Assembly (NCBI GenBank): GCA_905479655.1
Contig: CAJQNK010000076.1
Coordinates: forward strand, 331 to 64,330
Length of the DNA stretch: 64,000 nt
Direction of reading: 5' to 3'
DNA from: an uncultured bacterium
GTDB taxonomy: Bacteria; Acidobacteriota; Thermoanaerobaculia; Multivoradales; JAHEKO01
Shown: piece after piece, positions 1 to 9,631 of the stretch
Layout: each line of letters begins with the position of its first letter
How positions within the stretch are numbered: the first letter of the stretch is position 1
Program-made: the position numbers and the translations under genes
The notes under the pieces: generated by a model
What the model was told of the DNA's origin: nothing
Databases searched by the model: none
What the model saw: only the letters and a program-made list of their open reading frames with translations

Positions 1-727
1 CCAGCCGCTGTCCGTAGATCTCGTCCCCATCCGCCATCACGTCGTTGCCGTCCCAGACCACCAGATACTCGTCCCGGATCGAGTTGTAGGCCACCTGAAC
101 CCAGGCGGTGGAGTAAAGCGGGCTACCCTCCGGCCCCATGTCGCTGATGCGGAAGTCGTTGACCCCGATCTCCGGATCGACGGTTACCGGGTAGACCGCC
201 GCCGCCAGCCCGTCCGCACCTACCCGGAGCCGGGTCTCCGCGGCGCTCACTTCGAGGTCGGCGGGGAGCTCGCGTCCCCGGGCGTCGAAGACCGAGACGT
301 CGCCCAACCGCACCGCCCGGCGCCCTTCGCCCCACTGCCAGCCGCCGGCCGCCTCCCGGAACCCGCCCGCGCTCTCGACCCGACCGGTGATCACCAGATC
401 CTCTCCCGCGGGTCGCAGCGGCTCCGGGATCACGAACTGCTGTTCGACGCTCGACTCGCGGGCGACGTACCGCTCGACGACCGCACCGCGACGGTAGTCG
501 ACGACCCCCGCCGCGCCCTCGACCGGCTGCACCGCTCCAGGCTCCACCCCGGGAACCCGATCGCCACCGGCCTCGACCGCCAGCAGACGCCAGGACCACG
601 CGACGCTGCCGTCCGGGAGACGGACGGAGACTCCACCGGGTCCCAGCTCGGCGGTGAAGGGGGCAGGCGCGAAGCCGTCCGCGCCGGCCCGCGGCGCGAG
701 CCTCACGAGGCCCGACGAGGCGAGCAT
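1..727 (-). CDS. secreted repeat protein, mature part; 3' end runs off the window start
   Basis: The minus-strand frame with codon-start positions congruent to 1 mod 3 is open from 844 to base 1. It is not in the ORF track because it has no stop in the window. It translates to natural-looking sequence (..DGFAPAPFTAELGPGGVSVRLPDGSVAWSWRLLAVEAGG..VTVDPEIGVNDFRISDMGPEGSPLYSTAWVQVAYNSIRDEYLVVWDGNDVMADGDEIYGQRL) with high GC3. The first ATG in this frame is at 727. A signal peptide sits upstream in a different frame (see the G9 finding). Confidence 0.5.
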   Translation of the reverse strand, partial: MLASSGLVRLAPRAGADGFAPAPFTAELGPGGVSVRLPDGSVAWSWRLLAVEAGGDRVPGVEPGAVQPVEGAAGVVDYRRGAVVERYVARESSVEQQFVIPEPLRPAGEDLVITGRVESAGGFREAAGGWQWGEGRRAVRLGDVSVFDARGRELPADLEVSAAETRLRVGADGLAAAVYPVTVDPEIGVNDFRISDMGPEGSPLYSTAWVQVAYNSIRDEYLVVWDGNDVMADGDEIYGQRL

Positions 728-751
728 CGGCGGCTCTCCACCGACCCGATC

Positions 752-760
752 GGGGGGGGG
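752..760. repeat. G9 (C9 on the coding strand) homopolymer at the signal-peptide/mature-domain junction
   Basis: Read directly: c751 then nine g (752-760) then c761. Confidence 0.9.
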
Positions 761-844
761 CGGCCGCCACCAGGGCCGCCGCCACGGCGATCGCCACCGT
801 GGAGGAGACGCGGCGCCGTCCAGGGTTGAGCTCGAGTCGCTGCT

Positions 845-1018
845 TCATGGGTCGGTTCTTCGTTTCGGTGCGCCCCGAGCCGGCCCGCTCGACGACCTCG
901 GCCGGTCCGGGGCCCACCAGCGTCTCATGGCGCCTGCCGCCGCCCATCGGCTGACCCGTGGATCGGGCGAGGGCCGCGCGAGCTCGCTCAGGACGTTGGT
1001 ATCGACCAGGATCGCCAC
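845..1018 (-). pseudogene. truncated PIN-domain (VapC-like) toxin remnant
   Basis: GTG at 1018, 2 nt after the antitoxin stop codon. It translates VAILVDTNVLSELARPSPDPRVSRWAAAG, the typical VapC N-terminus with the first acidic PIN residue. After about 30 codons the similarity is lost and the frame stops at 845-847. Only 57 codons remain against roughly 130 for a PIN toxin. Confidence 0.4.
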
Positions 1019-1020
1019 GG

Positions 1021-1311
1021 TCAGGTCGACTCACCGCCCCAGCCGTCGCGATCCCGCCGCTTCCCGGTCTCGAGCTCGTAGTCGTATCGGGCCGCGAGCT
1101 CGCGAACCTCGTCGAAGGTCTGGCCCAGGGACCGGCGCCGTCTCTGTTCGCGCCACGCCGCGAACTCCTCGAAGTCGGCGGCCGAGATGACGGCCGCCAC
1201 CGGGCGGTCCCTCCGGAGAATCACCTGGGGCTCCTCCGAGCTCTTTCGAACGACCTCGGAGAACCGCTGCTTCGCCTCGCTCGTGAGCCACTCCCTCGTG
1301 TTGGACAGGAT
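1021..1311 (-). CDS. Phd/YefM-type (prevent-host-death) antitoxin; start codon unclear
   Basis: The track ORF 1021-1224 starts in the middle of the domain. The same frame is open up to 1356 and reads ILSNTREWLTSEAKQRFSEVVRKSSEEPQVILRRDRPVAAVISAADFEEF, the classic antitoxin N-terminal pattern. There is no ATG/GTG/TTG in frame between 1356 and 1224; only ATC at 1311 and CTG at 1308. Confidence 0.55.
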   Translation of the reverse strand: MLSNTREWLTSEAKQRFSEVVRKSSEEPQVILRRDRPVAAVISAADFEEFAAWREQRRRRSLGQTFDEVRELAARYDYELETGKRRDRDGWGGEST

Positions 1312-1385
1312 CGCAGAGCTTCTTGGACAGGAGAGAAGGTCTCGGCGCGCCGCCTCCTATCCTCGCGACCTCCCCGGCGCCGCGC

Positions 1386-1733
1386 TCACCACACCTTCCA
1401 CGGCTCGCCGGAACCCCCCCTCCGCCGGGGCCTGGTGTCCGCGGCGTCGCCTTCGCCGGGCTCGCCTCCGGCGTGGACCGCCGCCCCTCCGATCCGCCGC
1501 AGCCACTCCGCCACCTCCGCCAGCGGGCCCGGCTCCACCCGGCACCACTTCTCCCGCCCCCGCTTCTCGGAGACGAGGAGCCCCGCCTGCTCCAGTGCGG
1601 CCAGGTGCTTCGCGACCGCCGGCCGGCTGATGGGGAAGCGCTCGGCGATCTCGCCCACGGTCCGCTCGGAGGCCACCAGCAACTCGATGATCTCCCGGCG
1701 GGTGGGGTCGGAGAGGATCTGGAAGAGGTCCAT
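1386..1733 (-). CDS. ArsR/SmtB-family transcriptional regulator
   Basis: MDLFQILSDPTRREIIELL..RTVGEIAERFPISRPAVAKHLAALEQAGLL is a winged-HTH ArsR signature. ATG at 1733. Divergent from the efflux operon. Confidence 0.85.
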   Translation of the reverse strand: MDLFQILSDPTRREIIELLVASERTVGEIAERFPISRPAVAKHLAALEQAGLLVSEKRGREKWCRVEPGPLAEVAEWLRRIGGAAVHAGGEPGEGDAADTRPRRRGGSGEPWKVW

Positions 1734-1867
1734 GGAGAGACCACCTTACCTCCGCCGCGAACCCTTCGGCTCTCCGCTGCGTCTGAAACAAAGGAAGAGC
1801 CCGGGCGTAGTTCTGAGTGCAACGGGACGACGAGATCGGAAGCGAAGAGACCACGGAGGGTCGATCG

Positions 1868-3034
1868 ATGGCATACGGCGAGACGAAGACGACGGATGGT
1901 GGCCGAGGCAAGCGACGCTGGCTGCGGGTGTTCCTCATGGTCGCGGGCCTCGTGGTTCTGGTGGGATCAGGTCTGTTCTTCCTGCGCGACGGCACGGCTC
2001 GCGCCGAGGCCGCGGACGCCGACTCGCAGGCCGCCGAGGCCGAGGAGTCTGGAGACGAGGCTGAAGAGAAGGCGGCGATCCCGGTTCGGGTCGCCCGCAT
2101 CGGCACCGGCACCGTCTCGGACTACATCTCGGCCACGGCCAACCTGGTCGCAGAGAACCAGGTCCTGGTGCTCGCCGAGGCGGAGGGTCGGGTCGCGCGG
2201 CTGTTGGTGGACGAGAACGATCGGGTCGAGCGCGGCCAGGTCCTCGCCACGCTGGTCAAGGACGACGAGGAGATCGCATTCCGCAAGGCGGAGCTGAACT
2301 ACGAGAACGCGCGGCTGGCTTTCCAGCGGATCGAGGATCTCGCGGCGAAGGAGCTCATCAGCCGCGAGGAGTTCGACAACGCCAAGCGCGACTTCGAGAT
2401 CGCCGAGCAGGAGTTGGCGGAGGCCCGCTGGAAGCTCGACAAGGCCACGATCCGCTCTCCGTTCGCCGGCCAGATCAGCGAACGCATGATCCAGGTCGGC
2501 CAGCACATGCAGGTCGGTGACGAGCTGTTCCAGATCACCGACACCGACCCGCTCGTCGCCCGTATCTACCTGCCGGAGAAGGACGTCATCGGGCTCGACA
2601 ACTCGCGGCCCGTGCGCATCTCGCTGAACGCCGACCCCGACGTCAAGTTCGACGCGGCCATCCGCCACATCAGCCCGGTCGTCGACACCGAGACGGGGAC
2701 CGTCAAGGTGACGATCGAGGCCAGCTCCGTTCCCTCCAAGGTCCGGTCGGGCAGCTTCGTCACCGTGGACATCGTCCGCAATCAGCGGGCGGGCGCCGTC
2801 CTGCTGCCCCGCGAGGCCGTGGTGCGGGAGCTCAAGAAGGCCCACGTGTTCGTGGCCAGCGACGAGACCGCGGTGCGGCGCGAGGTCGAGCTCGGGCTCG
2901 AGGAGTCGGAGTTCGTCGAGGTGCTCTCCGGCGTCGAGGCCGGCGAGGAGGTCGTCGTCGCGGGCCAGGGCGGCCTGAAGGAGGGCGCCGCCATCAAGGT
3001 CCTGGAGACCGCCGAGGAGGCGGCCCAGGGCTAG
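1868..3034 (+). CDS. RND efflux periplasmic adaptor (MFP/HlyD family)
   Basis: N-terminal TM helix, coiled-coil hairpin region, RSPFAGQI and VDTETGTVKV motifs. ATG at 1868 is preceded by GGAGGG. The track ORF begins at an upstream GTG (1817). Confidence 0.85.
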   Translation: MAYGETKTTDGGRGKRRWLRVFLMVAGLVVLVGSGLFFLRDGTARAEAADADSQAAEAEESGDEAEEKAAIPVRVARIGTGTVSDYISATANLVAENQVLVLAEAEGRVARLLVDENDRVERGQVLATLVKDDEEIAFRKAELNYENARLAFQRIEDLAAKELISREEFDNAKRDFEIAEQELAEARWKLDKATIRSPFAGQISERMIQVGQHMQVGDELFQITDTDPLVARIYLPEKDVIGLDNSRPVRISLNADPDVKFDAAIRHISPVVDTETGTVKVTIEASSVPSKVRSGSFVTVDIVRNQRAGAVLLPREAVVRELKKAHVFVASDETAVRREVELGLEESEFVEVLSGVEAGEEVVVAGQGGLKEGAAIKVLETAEEAAQG

Positions 3035-3218
3035 ACCCTCCGAATGCGCCGCGCGGGCTCCCGGTCACCGGGTCGCCCGCGCGGAACCCCGGACGCCGCC
3101 GTCCCTCCGCTCGGCTCGGAGGACGGACCCGATCGACAGCCCCGACGAGGGGTGAGCGCTCGACGTGTGTCCACCGGACGGGATCGAAACCCCCCAAGGC
3201 AGAAACCGGAGCTTTTCC

Positions 3219-6200
3219 ATGGGCATCATCGAATTCTCGCTGCGCCGCCGAGTGACCATCTCCATGGTCGCGGTCGCCTTGATCCTCTTCGGCATCGTCG
3301 CCTTCACCCGGCTGCCGATCAACCTCTTCCCCGAGCTCTCCTACCCGAGCCTGACGATCGAGACGCGCCTCACCGGGGCCGCCCCGGAGGAGGTGGAGTC
3401 CCTCGTCAGCCGGCCGATCGAGGAGGTCGTGGGCGTGGTCGCCGGCGTCCAGAGGCTGACCTCGGTGGCACGGCCGGGCCTCTCGCAGGTGACCCTGGAG
3501 TTCGACTGGGGCCGCAACATGGACTTCGCGGGCCTGGACGTGCGTCAGAAGCTCGACCTGATCCGGCTGCCCCGGGAGGCCGAGCGCCCGGTGCTGCTCC
3601 GCTTCGACCCGGCGAACGAGCCGGTGGTCCGCCTGTTCCTCACCGGCGGCGCCGACCTCTACCAGCTCCGCTACGTGGCGGAGGAGGTGCTCAAGAAGGA
3701 CCTCGAGTCGACCGAAGGCGTGGCCGCCATCAAGGTCAACGGCGGCTTCGAGGAGGAGATCCAGGTCCGGGTCGACGAGCGCAAGCTGGCGCTCCTCGGC
3801 GTGGGCATCGACGAGGTCAACGCCGTGCTGGGACGCGAGAACGTCAACCAGGCGGGCGGCAGCCTCTACGAGTCCGAGGCCCGCTACCTGGTGCGGGCGA
3901 AGAACGAGTTCGAGAATCTCGACGACATCATGGAGACGGTGCTCGTCTCGCGCGGTGGGCGACAGGTGACGGTCGCCGACATCGCCCAGGTCCAGCGCGG
4001 CCACAAGCCGCGGGAGGTCGTCACCCGCTACGCCGGCCAGGAGGCGGTGGAGCTCGCCGTCTACAAGGAGGGCGACGCCAACACGGTCTCCGTCTCGAAG
4101 GCGCTGGCCGCCCGCCTCGGCACGATCTCCAAGGAGCTGCCCGAGGGCATCGAGGTCGTCACGGGAATCGACCAGTCGCGGTTCATCCAGGCCTCGATCC
4201 GGGAGGTCCTCTCCAACGCCCTCCTCGGCGGCCTCATCGCCATCGCCGTGCTCCTCCTCTTCCTCAAGGACCTCCGCTCCACGCTCATCATCGGCGTGTC
4301 GATCCCGATCTCGGTGGTCGCGACCTTCTTCCTCATGTACCGCACGGGGACGACGCTCAACATCATCTCCATGGGCGGCCTGGCCCTGGGCGTCGGCATG
4401 CTGGTGGACAACGCCATCGTGGTTCTGGAGGCGATCTTCAAGCGCCGCGAGCAGGGGATGGGAGCCTTCGAGGCGGCGCGCGAGGGCGCGTCGGAGGTGG
4501 GCACCGCCGTGGTCGCCTCCACCCTCACGACCGTCGCGGTCTTCCTGCCGGTCGTCTTCCTCGAGGGGATCGCCGCCCAGCTCTTCCGCGACATGGCCCT
4601 GACGGTCTCGTTCGCTCTCCTCGCCTCGCTGGCCGTCTCGCTGACCCTGATCCCCATGATGGCGGGCCTGATGGGCGGCGAGAGGAAGGCGGCGGAGACC
4701 GCCCCGCCGGCCGGCGGGCGCCTGCGTCGCGGCCTGCGCTTCACCCTCGTGCGCGTCCCGAGCCTCGCCCTGCGCGGCATCCGGTTCGTCCTGCGCTGGG
4801 TCCTCAGGATGCTGACCGTCCTCCTCCGGCCGGTGGCGATCGTCTTCGACGGCGCGATGGCGGCCGTGCAGCGCGCCTACCCCGGCACGCTGGGCTGGTG
4901 TCTGCGCCACCGTCTCGTGGTCGTGCTGCTCGCTGTCGGGGCGTTCGCCGGCGCCCTCGCGGCGGTGCCCCGCCTCGGCCTCGACCTCATGCCGACCTTC
5001 TCCCAGGGCGAGTTCGCCTTCCAGGTGCAGCTGCCCGAGGGCACGCCCATCGAGGTCACGGACAGCTACCTGGCCGAGGGCCAGAAGGTGCTGGAGGGAG
5101 ACGAGCGGGTGGCCTCCTTCTCCTCGGTGAGCGGCGGCAAGGGCCTGTCGCTCACGGCCACCGGGACCGAGGGCGAGAACACGGGCCGGATCCAGGTGCG
5201 GATGACGCCCGGCACGACGCCGGCGGACGAGACCACGGTGGCCGACCGGCTGCGTGCCGCGCTGGAGACCGACGGGGACGCGCGGGTCAAGTTCGAACGC
5301 CCGACCTTCTTCTCGTTCCGTACGCCGATCGAGGTCGAGGTCTACAGCGACGACCTGGTCGGGCTGACCGACGCCATGGCGGCCCTGCGCCCGCGTCTCG
5401 CCGAGGTGCCGGGGCTGGTCGAGCTGAAGAGCTCGATGGAGCTCGGCAACCCGGAGCTCCAGGTGCGCTTCGACCGCGACCAGCTGGCGCTCCTGGGGCT
5501 CAACCTGGGAGACGCGGCCCAGACGGTGCGCAACAAGGTCCAGGGCGAGGTGGCCACCCGCTTCCTGGAGGACGATCGGGAGATCGACATCGTGGTCCGC
5601 TCGGTCGATCTCGGCCGGGCCAGCCTCGCCGACGTCCAGAACATGATCGTCGCGCAGCGTGACGGCGTCCCCATCTACCTCAAGTCGGTGGCCGAGGTGC
5701 GCAGGACCGAGGGCCCCACCGAGATCCGCCGGATCGGCCAGAAGCGGGCCGCGGTCCTCTCCGCCAACATCGAGGGCCGCGACATGGGGACGGTGGCGGC
5801 CGAGGTGCGGGAGGTCATCGCGGGCACGCCCCTGCCGACGACGGCCACGGCCTCGCTCTCGGGGCAGGAGGAGGAGCGGACCCGCTCGCTCAACTCGCTG
5901 CTCATGGCCATGGCGCTGGCGATCTTCCTCGTCTACCTGGTGATGGCCTCGCAGTTCGAGTCGTTCCTCCACCCGTTCGTCATCATCTTCACGCTGCCCC
6001 TGGGCGCGGTGGGCGTCGTCGCGGCCCTGACCCTGACCGGCCGCTCCATCAACATCGTCGCGATGATCGGCGCCGTGATGCTCGCCGGCATCGTGGTGAA
6101 CAACGCCATCGTCCTGATCGACGCGGTCAACCAGCGACGCCGGGCGGGCCAGGACCGGGACGAGGCGCTGCGCGACGCCGGGAGCGACCGCATGCGGCCG

Positions 6201-6467
6201 ATCCTCATGACCTCGGCCACCACGATCCTCGGGCTCCTGCCGATGGCCATGGGCCTCGGTGAGGGCGCCGAGTTGCGGGCGCCGCTGGCGATCACGGTGA
6301 TCGGCGGCCTGGCGGTCGCCACCTTCCTGACGCTGTTCGTCATCCCGGTCGTCTACTCGCTCCTCGACCGCGGTGTCGTCCGGGACGTCGCCGCGGCGGC
6401 CGCGGACGGGGAGAGAGAGGACGAGCTCCCCCACCTCGACGCCACCCCCATGCGGGAGGTGGGCTGA
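3219..6467 (+). CDS. RND efflux permease (AcrB/MdtB-like), first of two
   Basis: About 1080 aa. MGIIEFSLRRRVTISMVAVALILFG start, 12-TM RND layout, GGLALGVGMLVDNAIVVLE motif. GGAG lies 8 nt before ATG 3219. Confidence 0.9.
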   Translation: MGIIEFSLRRRVTISMVAVALILFGIVAFTRLPINLFPELSYPSLTIETRLTGAAPEEVESLVSRPIEEVVGVVAGVQRLTSVARPGLSQVTLEFDWGRNMDFAGLDVRQKLDLIRLPREAERPVLLRFDPANEPVVRLFLTGGADLYQLRYVAEEVLKKDLESTEGVAAIKVNGGFEEEIQVRVDERKLALLGVGIDEVNAVLGRENVNQAGGSLYESEARYLVRAKNEFENLDDIMETVLVSRGGRQVTVADIAQVQRGHKPREVVTRYAGQEAVELAVYKEGDANTVSVSKALAARLGTISKELPEGIEVVTGIDQSRFIQASIREVLSNALLGGLIAIAVLLLFLKDLRSTLIIGVSIPISVVATFFLMYRTGTTLNIISMGGLALGVGMLVDNAIVVLEAIFKRREQGMGAFEAAREGASEVGTAVVASTLTTVAVFLPVVFLEGIAAQLFRDMALTVSFALLASLAVSLTLIPMMAGLMGGERKAAETAPPAGGRLRRGLRFTLVRVPSLALRGIRFVLRWVLRMLTVLLRPVAIVFDGAMAAVQRAYPGTLGWCLRHRLVVVLLAVGAFAGALAAVPRLGLDLMPTFSQGEFAFQVQLPEGTPIEVTDSYLAEGQKVLEGDERVASFSSVSGGKGLSLTATGTEGENTGRIQVRMTPGTTPADETTVADRLRAALETDGDARVKFERPTFFSFRTPIEVEVYSDDLVGLTDAMAALRPRLAEVPGLVELKSSMELGNPELQVRFDRDQLALLGLNLGDAAQTVRNKVQGEVATRFLEDDREIDIVVRSVDLGRASLADVQNMIVAQRDGVPIYLKSVAEVRRTEGPTEIRRIGQKRAAVLSANIEGRDMGTVAAEVREVIAGTPLPTTATASLSGQEEERTRSLNSLLMAMALAIFLVYLVMASQFESFLHPFVIIFTLPLGAVGVVAALTLTGRSINIVAMIGAVMLAGIVVNNAIVLIDAVNQRRRAGQDRDEALRDAGSDRMRPILMTSATTILGLLPMAMGLGEGAELRAPLAITVIGGLAVATFLTLFVIPVVYSLLDRGVVRDVAAAAADGEREDELPHLDATPMREVG

Positions 6468-9400
6468 TGAACCTGCCCCGCCTCGCCGTCAACCGGCCGG
6501 TCACGACCGGCATGATCCTGGTCAGCATCCTCGTGCTCGGCGGCATCGCCATGGCGAAGCTGCCCCGGGCCTACCTGCCCGAGGTGGACGTGCCGTTCAT
6601 CATGGTGCAGGTGCCCTACCCCAACTCCAACCCGAGCCAGGTCGAGAAGGAGATCACCAAGCCCATCGAGGAGATCCTCTCCACGCTCTCCGGCGTGAAG
6701 AAGCTGAACTCGGAGGCCAACGCCGACGGCGCCGACTTCTTCCTCGAGTTCGAATGGGGACAGGAGCTCGACATCGTCCGCATGCAGGTCGGCGAGAAGG
6801 TCGAGCAGATCAAGCCCGACCTGCCCGCGGGGACCGGCGAGATCCTCATCTTCTCCTTCAACACCTCCGACATCCCCGTCGTCCAGGCGCGGCTCTCCGC
6901 CCGGGGGGTCGACCTCTCCGCCAACTACGACCTCCTGGAAGCGCGCGTGGCGAACCGCCTGCGGCGGATCCCCGGCGTCGCCCGGGTGACGCTCGAGGGG
7001 GTCGAGCCCAAGGAGATCGACATCGATCTCATCCTGGACAAGATCCGGGAGCACCGGGTCGACGTCGGCGCGCTCATCCAGCAGCTCGAGGGCGCCTCGT
7101 CCAACGTGGTGCTGGGCCAGATCGAGCAGGACGGGCTGCGCTTCAGCGCGCGGGCCGTCGCGGGCTTCGAGTCGGTGGAGGAGATCGGGAACCTCCTGGT
7201 CAACCCGCAGGGGCTCAAGCTGTCGGACATCGCCGAGCTCCACTACGAGGAGCCGCCCATCGCCTACGGCCGCCACCTCGACGGCTCCTACGCCGTCGCG
7301 CTGGAGGTCTACAAGGAGTCCACGGCGAACACCGTCGACGTCGTCAACAACGTGATGCAGATCATCCGCGAGGACATCAACGAGGACCCGCTGCTCCAGG
7401 GGGTCGAGCTGTTCGTCTGGGAGAACCAGGCCGAAGAGATCACGGCCTCCATCGACGGGCTCACGAAGGCGGGGCTGATCGGCGCGCTGCTGGCCGTCCT
7501 GACGCTGTTCTTCTTCCTCCGGCGGCTGGACTCGACGCTGATCGTCGCCTTCTCGATCCCGTTCTCGCTCATCGCCGCCTGCGGCATCCTGTTCTTCATG
7601 GGCAAGAGTCTCAACGTGCTGTCGATGATGGGGCTGATGCTCGCGGTCGGGATGCTGGTCGACAACGCGGTCGTGGTGCTCGAGTCCATCGACCGGGTCC
7701 AGCGCGACGTCCACGACCCCGCGGAGGCCTCGCGGCTGGGCGCCAAGGGCGTCGCCGTGGCCGTCGCGGCCTCGACGCTCACGACCCTCATCGTCTTCCT
7801 GCCCCTCATCGTGGGCGCGAAGAGCGATCTCACGACCTGGCTCAAGGAGGTGGGGATCCCGATCTCCATCGCCCTGGTCTGCTCGCTCTTCTCCTCGCTC
7901 ACCCTGATCCCGCTCATGTCGGCCCACTTCCTGCGCAGGAAGGAGGTCCGGCCCAGCCGCGTCCTCGTCTGGCTCGAGAACCGGTACGTCGGCGCCCTGG
8001 CTTGGACCCTGCGCCACCGGGTCAAGACCTTCGGGCTCCTGGTCGCCGCCCTGGCGGTGGGTCTCCTGCCCTTCTTCACCGGGATGGTGGAGTCGGCCAT
8101 CTTCTCGGGCACGGTCAACAAGCGCCTCTTCCTACGCTACGAGTTCTCCGAGTTCACCTACAAGTCCCAGGCGGAGAAGTTCGTCGACCGGGTGGAGACG
8201 ACGCTCGACTCCCACCGCGAGGAGCTGGGGATCGACTCGATCTACAGCTACTTCGGCGAGAACCGGGCCGAGAGCACGCTGGTCCTGGCGCGCCAGGACT
8301 TCACCGACGACGACATCAAGGAGCTTCGCTCGCAGGTCCGCGAGGTCCTCCCCGAGATCCCGGGCGTGCGCCTCCTGTTCTCCGACGACGCGGACTCCGG
8401 AGGGAGCTCCACCTACTTCCAGGTCAAGTTCTTCGGCCAGGACACCGGCGTCCTGGAGGGCTACTCGGAGGAGGCCGCCCGCCGCCTCGAGACCGTCGAG
8501 GGGGTGCAGGACGTCACCACCTCCCTGCGCGGCCCGCAGCGCGAGATCCGCGTGCGCATCGACCGGCAGAAAGCGCTCCGCTCGGGTCTCTCGGCGCAGG
8601 ACGTGGCCGACGTCTTCTCGTTCACCCTGGGCGGCATGCGTCTCCAGCGCTTCAACGCCGGCGACCGGGAGGTCGAGACCTGGCTCGCACTGCGCCTGGA
8701 GGACCGCCAGGACCTCGAGGACCTGAAGAACCTCACCTTCCTCTCGGCGAGCGGCCGCTCCGTGCTGCTGGGCGACATCGCCACCTTCGAGATCATCCCC
8801 AAGGCCGCCCAGATCCGACGGGAGAACCGCAAGGTCCGGGTGTCGGTGGAGGCCACCTACGAGGGCGAGAGCTGGGACGAGACGAAGGAGGAGATCGAGG
8901 GCCTGATGGACGCCTTCGACCTGCCCCCGGGCTACTCCTGGGGCTGGAGCGACCGCATCCTCGAGCAGGAGGGGCAGAGCCAGCAGATGATGATCAACTT
9001 CCTTCTCGCCCTGATGCTCGTCTACCTGGTGATGGCCTCGCTGTTCGAGTCCCTCGCCCAGCCCTTCGCCATCCTGTTCTCGATTCCGTTCGCGCTGCCG
9101 GGCGCGGCCTGGATGCTCGCCGCGACCGGCACCAAGTTCAACCTCATGGCCCAGATCGGCCTCCTGATCCTCATGGGCATCGTGGTCAACAACGGCATCG
9201 TGCTCCTGGACCACATGAACCAGCTCCGCCAGAGGGGCCTCTCCACCGAGGACGCGATCCTGCAGGCCGGCCGCGACCGCCTGCGGCCTATCCTCATGAC
9301 GGCCGCCACCACGATCATCGGCCTGCTTCCGCTGGCGATCCGCGGATCCGCCGTCTCCGGGCTCTTCTACTACCCGTTGGCGCGCACGGTCATGGGCGGC

Positions 9401-9565
9401 CTCATCTCCTCGGCGGTCTTCACGCTGCTGGTGCTGCCCTACATCAACCTGGGCGTCGAGGGCGTGGCGACCTGGTGCCGCACGCTGTGGGCCGCGTCGA
9501 GCGGGAAGACGGCGGAGTCGGAGGTCCCGGCGAGCGCCGAGCCGGCGACGGGCGCGAGCGCCTGA
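6467..9565 (+). CDS. RND efflux permease (MdtC-like), second of two
   Basis: 1032 aa. NLPRLAVNRPVTTGMILVSILVLG, MGLMLAVGMLVDNAVVVLE. The start overlaps the upstream stop (TGATG at 6465-6469). Confidence 0.9.
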   Translation: MNLPRLAVNRPVTTGMILVSILVLGGIAMAKLPRAYLPEVDVPFIMVQVPYPNSNPSQVEKEITKPIEEILSTLSGVKKLNSEANADGADFFLEFEWGQELDIVRMQVGEKVEQIKPDLPAGTGEILIFSFNTSDIPVVQARLSARGVDLSANYDLLEARVANRLRRIPGVARVTLEGVEPKEIDIDLILDKIREHRVDVGALIQQLEGASSNVVLGQIEQDGLRFSARAVAGFESVEEIGNLLVNPQGLKLSDIAELHYEEPPIAYGRHLDGSYAVALEVYKESTANTVDVVNNVMQIIREDINEDPLLQGVELFVWENQAEEITASIDGLTKAGLIGALLAVLTLFFFLRRLDSTLIVAFSIPFSLIAACGILFFMGKSLNVLSMMGLMLAVGMLVDNAVVVLESIDRVQRDVHDPAEASRLGAKGVAVAVAASTLTTLIVFLPLIVGAKSDLTTWLKEVGIPISIALVCSLFSSLTLIPLMSAHFLRRKEVRPSRVLVWLENRYVGALAWTLRHRVKTFGLLVAALAVGLLPFFTGMVESAIFSGTVNKRLFLRYEFSEFTYKSQAEKFVDRVETTLDSHREELGIDSIYSYFGENRAESTLVLARQDFTDDDIKELRSQVREVLPEIPGVRLLFSDDADSGGSSTYFQVKFFGQDTGVLEGYSEEAARRLETVEGVQDVTTSLRGPQREIRVRIDRQKALRSGLSAQDVADVFSFTLGGMRLQRFNAGDREVETWLALRLEDRQDLEDLKNLTFLSASGRSVLLGDIATFEIIPKAAQIRRENRKVRVSVEATYEGESWDETKEEIEGLMDAFDLPPGYSWGWSDRILEQEGQSQQMMINFLLALMLVYLVMASLFESLAQPFAILFSIPFALPGAAWMLAATGTKFNLMAQIGLLILMGIVVNNGIVLLDHMNQLRQRGLSTEDAILQAGRDRLRPILMTAATTIIGLLPLAIRGSAVSGLFYYPLARTVMGGLISSAVFTLLVLPYINLGVEGVATWCRTLWAASSGKTAESEVPASAEPATGASA

Positions 9566-9631
9566 GGAGGCCGGGCCGGGCGAGGGCCTCCGGAGCTGTG
9601 GGCTTCCGGAGGCTCGGCCCCACCGGCTCGG

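Noticed and set aside
123-1034. 303-aa ORF from the track taken at face value.
   Set aside because: Only the ~29 codons after the internal ATG at 848 look like protein (a signal peptide). Upstream and downstream the translation is Arg/Gly junk. The real coding frame after the G9 tract is the one open to base 1.
2994-6434. 1146-aa minus-strand ORF. Similar very long ORFs include 6353-8017(-), 6373-9774(+), 34193-37207(+), 45790-47991(-) and 958-2064(+).
   Set aside because: Their composition is dominated by Arg/Gly/Pro/Asp/His. They lie antisense to, or out of frame with, genes that have clear family signatures (RND, ClpV, metzincin). These are typical stop-poor shadow frames of very GC-rich DNA.
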